Shown here: positions 9,882 to 20,730 of the stretch, in pieces | Numbering within the stretch: position 1 is the stretch's first letter | Layout of the letters: the number at the start of each line of letters is the position of its first letter | Assembly: GCA_963785305.1 (NCBI GenBank) | Contig: CAWAUV010000004.1 | Span: 32,001 to 96,000, forward strand | Length of the DNA: 64,000 nucleotides | Reading direction: 5' to 3' | DNA from: an uncultured Planctomycetaceae bacterium | GTDB lineage: Bacteria; Planctomycetota; Planctomycetia; Pirellulales; PALSA-1355 | Translations under genes and position numbers: made by a program | The notes under the pieces: generated by a model | What the model saw: the letters and a program-made list of their open reading frames with translations, nothing else | Told to the model about the DNA's origin: nothing | Database searches by the model: none

Positions 9882-10810
9882 GTGAGCGCCAGAAATTCAC
9901 CGAACACTTTCAGGGGCTGTTCAACCTGGCGGTTGCCTTCGCGCGCAACGCACAGGCCGATGTGCTGATGTTGCTGCTCGAGGGCCCGACCGATTGGCAG
10001 CGGCTGAAGTCGATGACCGATGGCGTGAAGACCCTGATCGCGGCCGATTTTCCGCCGCAGCTCGAAGGCGCCGCCGACGCCGGTTTTGCCACCGTGCTCC
10101 TGAAAATGCCGGGAGCGCCGGTCTACGAAAAGCTGACCCAAGCGCTGCTCGAGAGCGTGGCCGACGATATCCTGGCGCCGGGCGCTCAGGTGGTGGCGGT
10201 CTATAGCGGCTTCGAGGCCGGGGCGATCGACTCGATCAGTCTGATCCAGTTGGGCGAGCACTTGGGCACGCTGACGGCCCGTGATCTGCGGCAACTCGAA
10301 ACACGCGTGCCGCTCGACACGCTGAAGACGGTGGTCAACATGGCGGTCGAGATCGGCCGCGAAGGCCGCGAGGGCAAGCCGATCGGCACATTGTTCGTCG
10401 TGGGCGATTCCCGCAAGGTCATGGCCAGCAGCCATCCGGCCGGCTTCGATCCGGTCAAAGGCTATCAGCGCAAGGAGCGGAACCTCGACGATCCGCGCAT
10501 GCGCGAGGGCATCAAGGAGATCGCCCAGCTCGACGGGGCGATCGTGGTCTCGGCCGACGGCGTGGTCGAAGCCGCGGCGCGATATATCGACGCCTCGGCC
10601 GCCAACATCGCGCTCTCGAAGGGCCTGGGCGCTCGCCACTGGGCCGCGGCCGCCATCAGCCGCACGACGCAAGCCGTGGCTGTTGCCGTGAGCGAATCGA
10701 CCGGCACTGTGCGCATCTTCCAAAGCGGCGAAGTGATGCTGCGAATCGAACCTTTCCGCCGCCCCATGAAGTGGAAAGACTTCGAATACGAACCGCCGAC
10801 GGCGGAATAA
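9882..10810 (+). CDS. Diadenylate cyclase (DAC/DisA_N domain, CdaZ-like architecture); start uncertain (9882 needs an indel, else 9962)
   Basis: REGREGKPIGTLFVVGD, QLDGAIVV (DGA), GLGARHWAAAAIS (RHx), AVSESTG. Confidence 0.88.
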
Positions 10811-10837
10811 TTTCACGGCTCGCGCCGGCGTGGGGCC

Positions 10838-10864
10838 GCCTGTTGAATTTTTCAACGGGCTGTT
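10838..10864. repeat. Palindromic element / possible terminator after DAC gene
   Basis: GCCTGTTGAATTTTTCAACGGGC; same family as 4937 and 63915. Confidence 0.5.
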
Positions 10865-11099
10865 GGGCTGTCTGATCGCTTTTTTTCGCCTTGGCTGCGC
10901 GATTGTAGCGTTCCGGGCGAGCGGCAAAATGGCCCGCGCTTGCCAGTCCGGTTCAATCGTCGCTAGCGATTTAGCCGACAATGCTTGCAGGCGACCTTTT
11001 GCGACTTGCCGTTGGATTAGCTTGGACTAGCCCCTCACGGTCGCATAACCCACAACAGCCTTCGCCCGCCGGAAGGCTAGCGAAGAGGGATCGTTTCGT

Positions 11100-11441
11100 A
11101 TGAACAGGCACTCGGCCAAGCACGCGGTTGTCGGCTGGATCGATATTCGCTCCGAATCGCCGGCCGGCTCCTCGTGGTTTGTCGCCGGCGCCGATGATCT
11201 CACGCGCAACTTGGAGCGCCTGACCGGCAAAGCCGCCCTTGCACGCCCAATGTCGAGCGAGCGGCTCGTCACGCGGGCGCCGGCGCAGTCGACCGATGGC
11301 TCGCGGTCGCGGGCCGAGCATTCGCCGGCCCGACGCCATGCCCAGGGCGAGCAGGATCGCGTGCCCGCCGATTTGGCCGAGCTTTCGCGAGAGCTCGACG
11401 CCCGTCTGGCCGAGATCCACTCGCGGCTCGTCAACGCCTGA
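11100..11441 (+). CDS. Hypothetical protein
   Basis: 113-aa ORF, purine-rich RBS-like sequence upstream, C-terminal coiled-coil-like segment; no family recognised. Confidence 0.4.
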   Translation: MNRHSAKHAVVGWIDIRSESPAGSSWFVAGADDLTRNLERLTGKAALARPMSSERLVTRAPAQSTDGSRSRAEHSPARRHAQGEQDRVPADLAELSRELDARLAEIHSRLVNA

Positions 11442-11555
11442 CGCGCGACGCTTCGACTGTCGCGATGTTAGACTTGAGCTTTTCTCATCGGTCTTGGGGC
11501 CGGCGCGGTGATCGCCCGCCGGCGCCCGGTTCCTTGGCGAGCTCTCGGGTCGAAC

Positions 11556-14393
11556 ATGGCGTCGCGCCGCGTGTACCGCATTTCAATCTGCTTGGGGCTC
11601 GCGCTCGTGGCCGCGCTGTTCGGCCGGGCGTTCACGGACCGGCAAACGTTTGTATTTCGCGACGCGGCGCATTATTACGCGCCGCTCTTTCAGTGGAATG
11701 TCGCCGAGTGGCGCGCCGGCCGTGTTCCGCTTTGGAATCCGCTCGAAGGCCTCGGCTCCCCGACGCTCGGCGAAAACACGGCTAGCGTGTTCTATCCCGG
11801 CCAAGCGCTGCTCGTGGGCCCGCTGGAATTTTACTGGGCCTACAATTTTTATATCGTGTCGCACTTGGCGATCGCCGCTTGGGCGCGGGCCGGCTCGCGC
11901 ACCGCTGGGGCCGCGAGCCGCCGGGCGTCGGTTGGGCGGCGCTCGTCTATGCCTTTAGCGGACCGGTGCTATTTCAATATTGCAATGTCGTGTTCCTCAT
12001 CGGCGCGGCATGGCTGCCCTGGGCGCTGGCGGCGATCGACGGCGTGTTCGCGGCGACGAGCCTGCGCCGCCATGAGGTCGATGATCGCGCTCGCGGTGTT
12101 CGTGGCCCTGATGGTGCTCGGCGGCGATCCTCAAATGGCCTACCATGTGGCGATCGCGGCGGCGCTGTATGGAATCGCGCGCGCGCGGCGAAACGATGCA
12201 TTGCTCGGCGCCACGACCACCGAGAAAAACGGCGAGAAATGCAACAATGCCGCGCGCGCCGGCTCGCCGCGAGGCTGGCTGTGCCTGGGCGGCGGTCTTG
12301 TGCTGGCCGCATGCTTGGCGGCGGTGCAGATCGTTCCGGCGTTTGAGCTGGCGCACGAGTCGCCGCGGGCGGCCGACGATGGCCCACGCAACATTTGGGA
12401 GCTGATCGCCTGGACGTTCGCTCCGCCGCCGGCCGAGGTCGATGGCCGACCGGTCTCGCGGCCCGAGCGGTCGTTGCTCCTCGACGCCGAGGCCGGCGCG
12501 TCGCATATGCGGCATGTTTATCAATTCAGCGTCGGCCCATGGCGCTGGCTCGAATTGGCGTGGCCCAATATCGGCGGACAGCAGTTTCCGGAACATCGTC
12601 GGTGGTTCGCCGCCATTGGTGAGAAACGCATTTGGGCGCCGAGCCTCTATGCCGGGGCTTTAATGCTGCCGTTTGCATTCGCCGGCTGGCGCGGGGCGGG
12701 CGGCGAACCGCGCTGGCGATGGATGCGCTGGCTCGGCCTTGGAGCGGCGCTCGCGAGCTTCGGCGAATATGGACTCGGCTGGGTGTTCGGCGCGCTCTCG
12801 GAATCCGTCGCCGGCCGGCCGCTGGCCGTGGGGCCGGAGGTCGGCGGCGTGTACTGGCTCATGAGCGTGGCGCTGCCCGGCTATGTGTCGTTTCGCTATC
12901 CGGCCAAACTATGGACGATCGCCGCGCTGGCCCTGGCAATGTTCTCGGCCCGAGGCTTGGATCGGGCACTCGCGCCGGGCGATCAAAGGATCGCGCTCGG
13001 CGCCAGACGCATTGCGCTGGGCTGGATACAATGGCTCGGCGTGGCGGGGCTCGCGGGGCTTGCGGCGGCGGGCGTGGGGCGGGGCTGGTTTTTGGACCAC
13101 ATGGCCACCGCGCCGGCCGACTCGATCTTCGGACCGCTCCACGCGGCGGGCGCGTGGAACGATATCGCGCTCGGCTTTGGGCAAAGCGCCGCGGTTTTGT
13201 GCGCCGGCTGGTTGCTGTTGCGATTTCGGCCCCGGGGAGCGACCTTTACCGCCGCGGCGCTGCTCACGCTGGCGACGGTCGACTTGGCGGTGGCCCATCG
13301 GTGGCTGGCGCCCACGGCTGATTTCGAAGCATTCACGAAAACACCCGCGCTTTCGCCGTCGCCGCGGCGAATCCATTTGCTCGAGACGATGCGGATCGAC
13401 CGCGCGGACAGCTTGCTTCCGGCCGCGTGGCGCGAGCGAGGATCGCCCAATCGGCTGCGTGAAATGGTGGCATGGGATCGCGACACCCTCGCGCCTAAGT
13501 ATCATCTGCCGCTCGGGCTGGGAAGTGTCGAGAGCACCGGAATGGCGCCGGAAGCGGAGGCCGCGTTTTGGGAAGTCGCCCGGCTGCATGGGCCCCGGCT
13601 AACAGTCCGCGGCAGCATGGCTGATGGCGAGGACAAGGCCAACGGCGATGGCGACAATCGCGACGAGTCCGAGGGCGATGCGCTGCCTCATCCGTCGGCG
13701 CTCGATCTGGCGAAGGTTGGTTATTTAATTCTTCCCCCGGGGCTCGATCTTGGTTTCTGGGAGGATTGGATCGAAGAGCCGCTCAAACCGGTCGCCGGGG
13801 CCGAGGGTTACAGCGTTCGGCGGCCTCTTGCGCGAGCTTGGATCGTCGACCGAGTCACGCAGCTTCCGGAATTGCACGACCGTCGACCGGCGGCAATCCG
13901 GCAGCGCACCGAAACTGTGCTGTTTCCCGGCGGCCAGCCGCGCGATTGGCGACAGGAAGCCGTGATTGAAACCAAAAGCAAATCCATATTGTTGCCCACG
14001 CCACGCGGCGATGAAGTTGATGACTTTTCTTTAATTTCAATAATCGAGGTCCCGTTCGACACTCCGCAACATGTGGTGATAGAAGCGGAAGTGCTTCACC
14101 CCGGCCTGCTGGTGCTGGCCGATGCCTTTGATTCCGGTTGGCGAGCGACAATCGCGCACAACGGCGCGGTGAGCGAGGCCGAGATATTGCGCACCGACCG
14201 AATGCTGCGCGGAGTGCTAGTGCCATCGGGCCGGAGCGTCGTGGAATTCGTCTATGCGCCCCGCTCGTTCCGCTGGGGCGCCGTGGTCAGTGGCTTGGCC
14301 TGGCTGGCGACGAGTCTCTGGGCGTTAAGTCATTGGGCGATGCCGCATCGAGCGCGAGAGCGTTCGATGTCGGTGAATCTTCCTGGGAACTGA
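11556..14393 (+). CDS. YfhO-like GT-C membrane glycosyltransferase (compensating frameshifts ~11880-12080)
   Basis: FRDAAHYYAP, PLWNPLEGLGSP, LGGDPQMAY, FRYPAK, LVLADAFDSGWRA...LRGVLVPSG..VEFVYAP. Confidence 0.82.
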   Translation: MASRRVYRISICLGLALVAALFGRAFTDRQTFVFRDAAHYYAPLFQWNVAEWRAGRVPLWNPLEGLGSPTLGENTASVFYPGQALLVGPLEFYWAYNFYIVSHLAIAAWARAGSRTAGAASRRASVGRRSSMPLADRCYFNIAMSCSSSARHGCPGRWRRSTACSRRRACAAMRSMIALAVFVALMVLGGDPQMAYHVAIAAALYGIARARRNDALLGATTTEKNGEKCNNAARAGSPRGWLCLGGGLVLAACLAAVQIVPAFELAHESPRAADDGPRNIWELIAWTFAPPPAEVDGRPVSRPERSLLLDAEAGASHMRHVYQFSVGPWRWLELAWPNIGGQQFPEHRRWFAAIGEKRIWAPSLYAGALMLPFAFAGWRGAGGEPRWRWMRWLGLGAALASFGEYGLGWVFGALSESVAGRPLAVGPEVGGVYWLMSVALPGYVSFRYPAKLWTIAALALAMFSARGLDRALAPGDQRIALGARRIALGWIQWLGVAGLAGLAAAGVGRGWFLDHMATAPADSIFGPLHAAGAWNDIALGFGQSAAVLCAGWLLLRFRPRGATFTAAALLTLATVDLAVAHRWLAPTADFEAFTKTPALSPSPRRIHLLETMRIDRADSLLPAAWRERGSPNRLREMVAWDRDTLAPKYHLPLGLGSVESTGMAPEAEAAFWEVARLHGPRLTVRGSMADGEDKANGDGDNRDESEGDALPHPSALDLAKVGYLILPPGLDLGFWEDWIEEPLKPVAGAEGYSVRRPLARAWIVDRVTQLPELHDRRPAAIRQRTETVLFPGGQPRDWRQEAVIETKSKSILLPTPRGDEVDDFSLISIIEVPFDTPQHVVIEAEVLHPGLLVLADAFDSGWRATIAHNGAVSEAEILRTDRMLRGVLVPSGRSVVEFVYAPRSFRWGAVVSGLAWLATSLWALSHWAMPHRARERSMSVNLPGN

Positions 14394-16098
14394 ACCGCCG
14401 CGGCGGCGGATCCCCGGAATCCGGGGCGCCCATGCGTCCGTTTTTCTCGTCGAAGCGGTTGATTGTCGCGACGAACAGAATCGCGGTGAGCGCCGCGTAG
14501 AGAAAGTTGCCCGCGATATACGCGGCGCAAATCTTGTCGGAGGATTCCTGGGAAAAATAAAAGGCCACGTACACGAGCATCGTGGCGCAGGGCGCGAGCG
14601 CGAAGTAATCGGCGCCGGGGCCGCGGAACATCATCGGAGCACAGCACATCAAGTACCCACCGGCCAGGAACAAGCAAGCTCCCAGCGCAGGCGCCTTGGG
14701 CTCGCTGGGTGGATTTGAACGACAGCGAGCAAAATATGCCGAGAATGCCGGCAAACGCGGCGAGGATTAGTGTGGTGACAATCATATAAGGCGCGTCTTT
14801 CAAAACACTCGGCTGGTCATATGCCGCCAGCGCGATCAGATACAGCCAGGCCCAGCCCGCCAGCCGCGCGGAATGCAGATTGCCTAGGAATTTCCCCCAC
14901 ACGAACTCGCGCGCCGTGAGCGGGGTGCTCAACAGCGTGAGCCACGTTTCCCGCTCGCGCTCGGTGGTGATCGAGCTCGCGCTCCGGAGCGCGATCAACA
15001 CCAGCACCACATCCGTCAGCACCATCATGGCGGCTCGGGCGATCCCCACGAACTCTGTCTGGGGCTGGCCACCACCGCCATAGTGAATTCCCCGCATCTT
15101 CCAGAAGAGCGCGAAGACGCCGACGGCCAAGAGGCCAATGAACAATCGACTCACGACGCGTTCGATCGCCCAGCGGCCAACGCGGCGATTGCCGCGCATC
15201 TCTCTCCACGGAATCGGCCAATCACCAACCGGCCTGCCGCGGGTGGCAAAGGCGATCTGTTTTTTGCTGGCCGTCGCGGCGACCTGGCCGAGATGCACGC
15301 GCCGCACGCTCCAGCAGGCAAGCAGGAGCATCGCGGCCGCGAACAGGCTATCATCGCGCAGCATGAGGAGCACGGTCGGCCAGCTTCCGCCGCCTTGGGT
15401 AGTCGCCATCCAAAGTGTTTTCGCCATCGTGGCGAGAGGATTGGCTTCCTCGAGCGTTGAACTAATCCAACCGATCGCCGGCGACCAAAACCCGAGCGCC
15501 CGACTCGCGCCGAGGATCATCGGCGGCACAAGCAACAACAGGAGGATAAGATAAACCTTCGCCAGCGCATCGCGCACCTTGGCCGACCGCACCGAGACCA
15601 CGAGCGCAAGCGACGTCACGGCAAGCATGGCGCCGCCGGTAATCACGAAACTCTGCAGAAGAATCGTCGTGTCGACGCCGCCCAGGAGCGTTGTCAGCGC
15701 CAGAATCGGCAGTCCCACCGCCACGAGCGCCGCCAAGCTCGCGAACCGCGAGAGCAGCTTGCCAAACACGATTTCGGCGTTCGTCAGATCGGTGGCGAAG
15801 AGATATTCAATCGTGCGCCGCTCGCGCTCCACCGCGATCGCCGGGGCCACGAGCGCGGGTCCCACCAAGAGCACCATGAGCAATTGGGCAAATGAAAAAT
15901 AACCCAAGAAGAATTGGGCGAACGTGGCCATCAGGCCGATCGGCACTTGGTTTCCGGAAAACCTCGGTAGCATCTCGCAAAGAAACCAAAGCAGGATGGC
16001 GGCATAAATGGCGCGAATCCAATACGGCCGCGCCGGCGCGCGCTCGTGACCAAATCGAAATAAAACAGCGGGCCGGGAAACATCGTGCGGAACGCCAT
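14287..16098 (-). CDS. ABC-2 type transporter permease (frameshifts near 16030, 14700)
   Basis: MFPGPLFYFDLVTSARR; ERERRTIEYLFATDLTNAEIVFGKL; ERERETWLTLLSTPLTAREFVWGK. Confidence 0.85.
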
Positions 16099-16266
16099 GT
16101 CGCGAAACGAGGAAGAGACACCGAGCGAACCTAGAATATCGGATGCCGGTCCTCGGCGAAACATCCCGACGCGCCGCGCCGACTTTGCTCCCCGGCGCCA
16201 GAAGGGGTAAACTGACAAGGGTATCGCTTTCCATCGACAAGCTCCGATGAGCGGGAGAGACCAAAT

Positions 16267-16641
16267 ATGCCAGAAATCCCCAGCCGTGGTCCGCGGGCCG
16301 ATGCCGAGCCGTCGTCGCCCGCCAACGCCGAGTCGCCGGCCCAATCGCCGCCAGCCACCGCCGGACTGTCGGCGCCCGCCGTCGCGGTCCCGGCCGAGGC
16401 GGCGCCCTCGCCCGAGGTGCTCAAGGCGGCTTTCAAAGCGTTTAAGAAGCGGATCAAAGTCACGCAGCTCGACAGCGAATCGCGGATCGGCCGCGGACCG
16501 ATGAGCTCGGGCCAGCGTTCGACCATCGACGCGATCACTCCGCCCGACCAATATCCGCGGGCCGTGTGGGACGAGCTGGTGAAGCAAAAGAAGCTCGTGC
16601 CGCGCAGCCACGGCATGTATGGGCTTGCCCCGAACGCATGA
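16267..16641 (+). CDS. Conserved hypothetical protein
   Basis: LKAAFKAFKKRIKVTQLDSESRIG...ITPPDQYPRAVWDELV, which I recall as a planctomycete-conserved small protein. Confidence 0.75.
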   Translation: MPEIPSRGPRADAEPSSPANAESPAQSPPATAGLSAPAVAVPAEAAPSPEVLKAAFKAFKKRIKVTQLDSESRIGRGPMSSGQRSTIDAITPPDQYPRAVWDELVKQKKLVPRSHGMYGLAPNA

Positions 16642-16724
16642 CGTGTCGGGCGCCGGGCTCTCCCCCGGCGAGAGAAGCTGTCTGCGTAGTGCAATGCCAA
16701 CGCATAATTTCGAGATTGGTGGGA

Positions 16725-16745
16725 CATGCCCACGCAAGCGTGGGC
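16725..16745. repeat. Single REP-like palindrome
   Basis: CATGCCCACGCAAGCGTGGGC, same core as 19367-19454. Confidence 0.55.
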
Positions 16746-16776
16746 GGGCGCTTCAATTTTAAGCCGTGACAAGGCA

Positions 16777-17582
16777 TTAGCTCGCCGAGGCCGATCGCTG
16801 CCGCAGCGCTTCGTAGAACAAGATGGCGGCGGTGGCCGAGACATTGAGGCTATCGACCACGCCGCGCATCGGCAGTCGAGCGGCCGTGGCGTCGGCCGCG
16901 CGCAAGCGTCGCTCAGCCCCCCGGCCTCGCTGCCGAGCACAATGGCTGTCGGCCGGCGGAAATCGACGTGCGTGTAGTCGCGAGCTCCGTCGACCCGAGT
17001 GCATACGATTTCCAATCCCTCCCGCCGTATCCAAGCTAGGGCCGCTTGCCCCGACGCCGCCACGACCGGCAGCGCGAACACGGCCCCCAGGCTCGCGCGA
17101 ATGCAATTCGGGTTGTAGAGATCGGCCCGGCCATCGGCCACGATCAGGGCCGAGATTCCGGCGGCGTCGGCCGAGCGGATTATGGCGCCCACATTGCCCG
17201 GCTTTTCGATCCCTTCGAGCACCGCCACCAGCGGCGCCGCGGGGAGCTTGAGCTCGGCGAGCGAGCGTTTGGGGAGCGTCGCCACGGCCACGATCCCCTC
17301 GACCCGATCGCCAAACACGACCTTTCGCAACACCGGTTCGCTCACCGCGATCTCGGGCACGCCGGCTTCTTGCAGGGCGGTAAGCGTGTGCCGGCTTTCG
17401 GCCGATCGGCAGAGCGGTTCACAAACAAACGCTTCGACGATCGCCACGCCGCAGGCCAATGCCCGGCGAATCTCGCGAGCGCCGTCGATCACCATTTGCC
17501 CTCGATGTTCGCGATGCTTGCGATCACGGAGCTTGACGGTCTCCTTGATTCGCGGGTTTTGCAAGCTCGTGATCGGGTCCAT
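16777..17582 (-). CDS. TrmH/SpoU-family RNA methyltransferase (frameshift near 16900)
   Basis: ITSLQNPRIK, EKPGNVGAIIRSADAAG, LGSEAGGL, LPMRGVVDSLNVSATAAILFYEALRQR. Confidence 0.92.
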
Positions 17583-17884
17583 GTACGGCGAGTTTCCCAG
17601 GTGGCCAAAAGGCGGCGGTTCGCTGACGCAAAGCGGCGGATCGCGGCGGCGCCGCCGCTTTGCCGGTTCTCCCGCCGGCGCCCGGCGAGCGTCGCGGGGC
17701 GATAGGCGTGGTATTTTCCCAAACCGCATGGTTGACGCAACCGGGCCGCGATGCAAGACTAGAAAGTACCTCTTCCGGCGGCGGAACGGCGCCGGGGGAT
17801 GTTACCTTTCAGAGGTCTTTTCTAGCGCTCGCACAATAACTTCAGGGCTTTGGTTGGCCTGGACTTTTGTTAGCCCTTTTTTGA

Positions 17885-18634
17885 GTGCGGCTCTCGGAAC
17901 CGTTCGGCGTCGCAGGCGGAGAAGCGACTTTGGCGACCGAATCTCAATTGTCCACGGTGTCGATTCGCGCCGATTTTATTCGGCCGGGTGGGCGCTTTGT
18001 ACGGCGCGGCGCGGATCGCTTCGAGTTGTTCCCGCGCGCGAGCGGCCGGTTTGCTTGGGGACCGCTTGTCGGATGCCTGACATTCGCCTCGCTGGCCGTT
18101 GTCGATGACCGCTATGAAAGCGGCGTGACGTTTTTGGTCGGCCTGTTCGTGGCCGTGGCCACGGTGTTCGGCGTGTGGACCGTGGCGGCATTCGTGGCGC
18201 GGCGGCGGCCGGTGGCTCGGTTCGATCGTCGCGCGGGCCGGTTCACTTATTGGGCTCCGAGCGACACGTTATTGTTTCCGCTCAATTCGGTGGTGGCGGT
18301 CCAGACACTCCGCTATGGCCCTCATGTGGGCGCCGCCGCTGGCGCCTCATTCCGCAATCGCGATTCCTGGGAAGTGAATGTCGTCGTGGGCGGGTCTCAA
18401 GCCAAGCGGCTTTGCGTGGCCTGCGGCGGAGCTGACGAAAGCTCGCCGGGTCGGGCCTTGGCCGAATTTCTCGAAACGCCCTTGTATTCGCATCTTGCCC
18501 AGGGCGGCAGTGTCCACATGCGGCCCGACGACGCCGATTCCCAGGAGCCCGCGCCGCTCTCGGCCGCCACACTGAGCTCCTTGACAAGCCCCGGCTCCCG
18601 CCCCGCTCCGCCCTCGCTGCGATTGATCTCGTGA
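17885..18634 (+). CDS. Hypothetical membrane protein (start uncertain)
   Basis: Two TM segments, then ARFDRRAG and LAEFLETPL. Confidence 0.55.
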   Translation: MRLSEPFGVAGGEATLATESQLSTVSIRADFIRPGGRFVRRGADRFELFPRASGRFAWGPLVGCLTFASLAVVDDRYESGVTFLVGLFVAVATVFGVWTVAAFVARRRPVARFDRRAGRFTYWAPSDTLLFPLNSVVAVQTLRYGPHVGAAAGASFRNRDSWEVNVVVGGSQAKRLCVACGGADESSPGRALAEFLETPLYSHLAQGGSVHMRPDDADSQEPAPLSAATLSSLTSPGSRPAPPSLRLIS

Positions 18635-18741
18635 GCGGGCGCGGCTAAGCTGCCTGCGTCGCCGCCCGAGCGTCGGGCGCCACAAGCGCTCGCGCTCGCC
18701 GTTGGCGTGTTCGAGATCCGGCGGGCGAAAAAAGGTCATGG

Positions 18742-19285
18742 ATGAAAGACTCCGACTCGCCACAAACATTTGCCGAAGGCCGCTTCTTGCGGCTTGTGCG
18801 GCGACGTCACTGGGAATGGGCCGAGCGAACCAGCGCCCGGGGCGCCGCGATCATCGTGGCGCTCACCACCGAACATCGCGTGCTCTTTGTCGAGCAACAT
18901 CGCATTCCGATCGACGCCACGACGATCGAACTGCCCGCGGGACTGGTGGGTGACACCGCGGGCCAAGAGCGCGAGGACCCAGCCGAGGCCGCCCGCCGCG
19001 AACTGCTCGAGGAAACCGGCCACGAGGCGCCGACCTTGGAATTCTTGGCCGAATGCCTTACTTCGCCCGGCCTGACCGACGAATCCGTGCGATTCTATCT
19101 GGCGCGACGCGAGAAAAGTCGCGGCTGGCGGCGGGGTCGAGCACGAAGAGATCACGGTCCATGTCGTGCCGCTCGAAGACTGCGACGCGTGGCTCCGCGA
19201 TCAGGTTGCCCAAGGCAAGCGCGTGTCGGCCACGGTGCATGCCGGGCTGCGGCTCATGAACGTGGCGCTCGGAGGCGCTCTTTAG
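18742..19285 (+). CDS. NUDIX hydrolase, ADP-ribose pyrophosphatase-like (frameshift near 19115)
   Basis: Nudix box IELPAGLVGD...AARRELLEETG; SPGLTDE; shifted frame gives GGGVEHEEITVHVVPL. Confidence 0.9.
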
Positions 19286-19366
19286 AGCGATCGCCGCATC
19301 GTCGGCAGTTCGCCACTTTATCTAGCGCTCTTTCACGGCTGAAATGACGGATAACCCAGTTTGCTT

Positions 19367-19454
19367 GCGTGCCATGCCCACTGCCCCGAGTGGGCATGTT
19401 TTCAAGTGCAACGCAGGGTCCTCATGCCCACGCAGGGTCGTGGGCATGGCACGC
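19367..19454. repeat. REP doublet (REPIN-like inverted pair)
   Basis: 15-bp outer inverted repeat GCGTGCCATGCCCAC/GTGGGCATGGCACGC; each half also forms a CATGCCCAC..GTGGGCATG hairpin; between convergent genes. Confidence 0.75.
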
Positions 19455-19493
19455 GAAACGAATCCAACCCGTCACTTCAACTGTGACGATGCA

Positions 19494-20699
19494 CTATTTC
19501 GCCGAGTCGGCGGGCCGCGAGAAGAGTAACGTGCCGAAGCCGGGGTGATCGGCTGAAAACGCCGGCCCCTCGGGGCGAAGTTTCGCCGCCGCCTCGCCGA
19601 TAAATGGCGCATCGAGCCCGCGGCGCCGGTGATAATGATTCCACGCCATTTCGTAAATCGGCCGCAGCTCGCCGCGACCTTCTTCCGAAATGCGCTTGTG
19701 GCGATACTTACCGGTCACATCGACCGTGGCGACAAACGGCATATCGTGGCCGAGATTGTAGCGAGCGGTGTATTCAAAGCCGGCGAGTAGCCGGTTGTCG
19801 ACTTCTCCATAAAGGTCGATGCCCTGATTCCAGGCGACCTCGCAGGTCTCGGCCAAGAGGCCCAGGCCAAGCTGGGCATGTTGCTGGTCGCGGCCCGATT
19901 CCTGGCACTGGCCCGCGGGATTGATGACATAGTGCGTGATTCGGCCGTTGCCCTGGCCCCGGCGAAAGTAATCGGCCACCCGATCGACGAGCGCCGGATC
20001 GTCGCAAAAAACGCCGATTGCGATCAGCGTCTTCATGCAGGCGGCATCCCAATTGCCGTTGGCAAAGGTGGCGAAATCCTTGAGCGGCGGATAAATCGCG
20101 CGGCGGAGCATTTGTCGGAACCGTTCGCTGGCGTCGGGCGGCCAAGGCGAGGTCGGCGAATCGTCGCGCATCAGCTCCGCGGCGTTGACGAATTTGAAGC
20201 CATTGAGACCGGCCGCGAGCTGCACATCATGGCCGCGCATTTCGCGCAGCGTGCTCGACCATGCGTTGAGAATTTCGATCGCCTTGCGGGCATGGGCCTC
20301 GTTGCCGGTCAGGCGCCACATGATCGCGTTTTGATAGGCGGCGTTGGCATCGGCGACCATTTCGCCGTTGCCGACCGTGTTTCCGGTCTCGCGGATCACG
20401 ACCTCGAAAGGGCCCTGGCGTCGATAATCGGCCCGCGAGAATTTGTCGGCCTCGAGCCGCGCGAAGCCGGCTTTCCAAGGCTCATCGCCCGCGGCCACAT
20501 GGCGTCGCATGCGATCGAGATCGGCTTGCGTGTGCAGAAGGCCCGGATGCACGAACTTGCGAGTGCTGCCCGCGGGCTCGACCGCCTCGGCGACGAGGAG
20601 CCGGGCGGAGACCGCGAGCGCGAGCACAATCGCCAACGGCGGCCCAACGCGGCGAGCGGCGGTGCGAATGATTCGCGAACTACCAAGGCGGTGGTTCAT
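19494..20699 (-). CDS. Secreted alginate-lyase-family protein
   Basis: Signal peptide; FVHPGLLHT, NGNWD, GQCQESGRDQQHAQLG, LLAGFEYTARYNLG. Confidence 0.82.
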   Translation of the reverse strand: MNHRLGSSRIIRTAARRVGPPLAIVLALAVSARLLVAEAVEPAGSTRKFVHPGLLHTQADLDRMRRHVAAGDEPWKAGFARLEADKFSRADYRRQGPFEVVIRETGNTVGNGEMVADANAAYQNAIMWRLTGNEAHARKAIEILNAWSSTLREMRGHDVQLAAGLNGFKFVNAAELMRDDSPTSPWPPDASERFRQMLRRAIYPPLKDFATFANGNWDAACMKTLIAIGVFCDDPALVDRVADYFRRGQGNGRITHYVINPAGQCQESGRDQQHAQLGLGLLAETCEVAWNQGIDLYGEVDNRLLAGFEYTARYNLGHDMPFVATVDVTGKYRHKRISEEGRGELRPIYEMAWNHYHRRRGLDAPFIGEAAAKLRPEGPAFSADHPGFGTLLFSRPADSAK

Positions 20700-20730
20700 G
20701 GTTGGGGATTTGGCGAGTGGGTGATGGCGT

